A stretch of DNA of 64,000 nt from Octopus bimaculoides (Eukaryota). The notes under the pieces were generated by a model that worked only from the letters and a program-made list of their open reading frames with translations, had not been told where the DNA came from and searched no databases. The stretch is taken from positions 51,104,107-51,168,106 of the forward strand of contig NC_068991.1 of NCBI RefSeq assembly GCF_001194135.2, given 5' to 3'. The position numbers and the translations under genes are program-made. Of the stretch, positions 63,793 through 64,000 are shown in pieces (positions within the stretch are counted from its first letter, which is position 1; each line of letters starts with the position of its first letter).

Positions 63793-64000
63793 ACACATAT
63801 TGGTTCATGGTATAATTCAACAAAGAGAGCACTCCATCTGGTGAGAGTCGATTATTTTTGTTTAAAGATCACAATACATATCTTTGGGTGTTGCTAACAA
63901 TTTCATGTGTCTGGAAATCCAAACATATTCTTCAGGCATAGACCACTCTTTGTAATGAACTAAGAACTTTAAATATGGCGTGGGATACGAGAATACATGA

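Noticed and set aside
1-64000. CRISPR arrays, tRNA/rRNA genes, prokaryotic operons
   Set aside because: None seen; the tRNA-like A/B boxes belong to SINE heads, and the tandem repeats lack unique spacers.

Overview
AT-rich eukaryotic genomic DNA from a draft assembly, with eight N-gaps nearly all flanked by (TA)n/(CA)n/(CT)n tracts. The SINE, LINE and microsatellite repertoire looks like an octopod cephalopod genome (inference, no search run). No prokaryotic features are present. Three + strand coding exons (1485-1591, 40382-40539, 54706-54919) splice in compatible phases and encode tandem IQ motifs, an E/R/K-rich single-alpha-helix-like segment and a DxMFxFL motif. This is the neck and proximal tail of an unconventional myosin, probably a MyTH4-FERM class. 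The gene continues beyond both window ends. The introns (38.8 kb and 14.2 kb) are filled with tRNA-derived SINEs, RTE/CR1/R4/CRE-type LINE debris, a DD37D Tc1/mariner element, TTAA-flanked MITEs and many long inverted repeats. Two observations stand out. (1) Type I hammerhead-ribozyme motifs recur: one with an intact core at 192-261, one at 63299-63345, and several decayed copies. Most sit in or next to long inverted repeats, which suggests a Penelope-derived family of ribozyme-bearing fold-back elements. (2) An orphan coding-like exon at about 4887-5199 has a phase-0 donor compatible with the next myosin exon, so it is a candidate alternative first exon for a motor-less isoform. Repeat coordinates are approximate and were read by eye.
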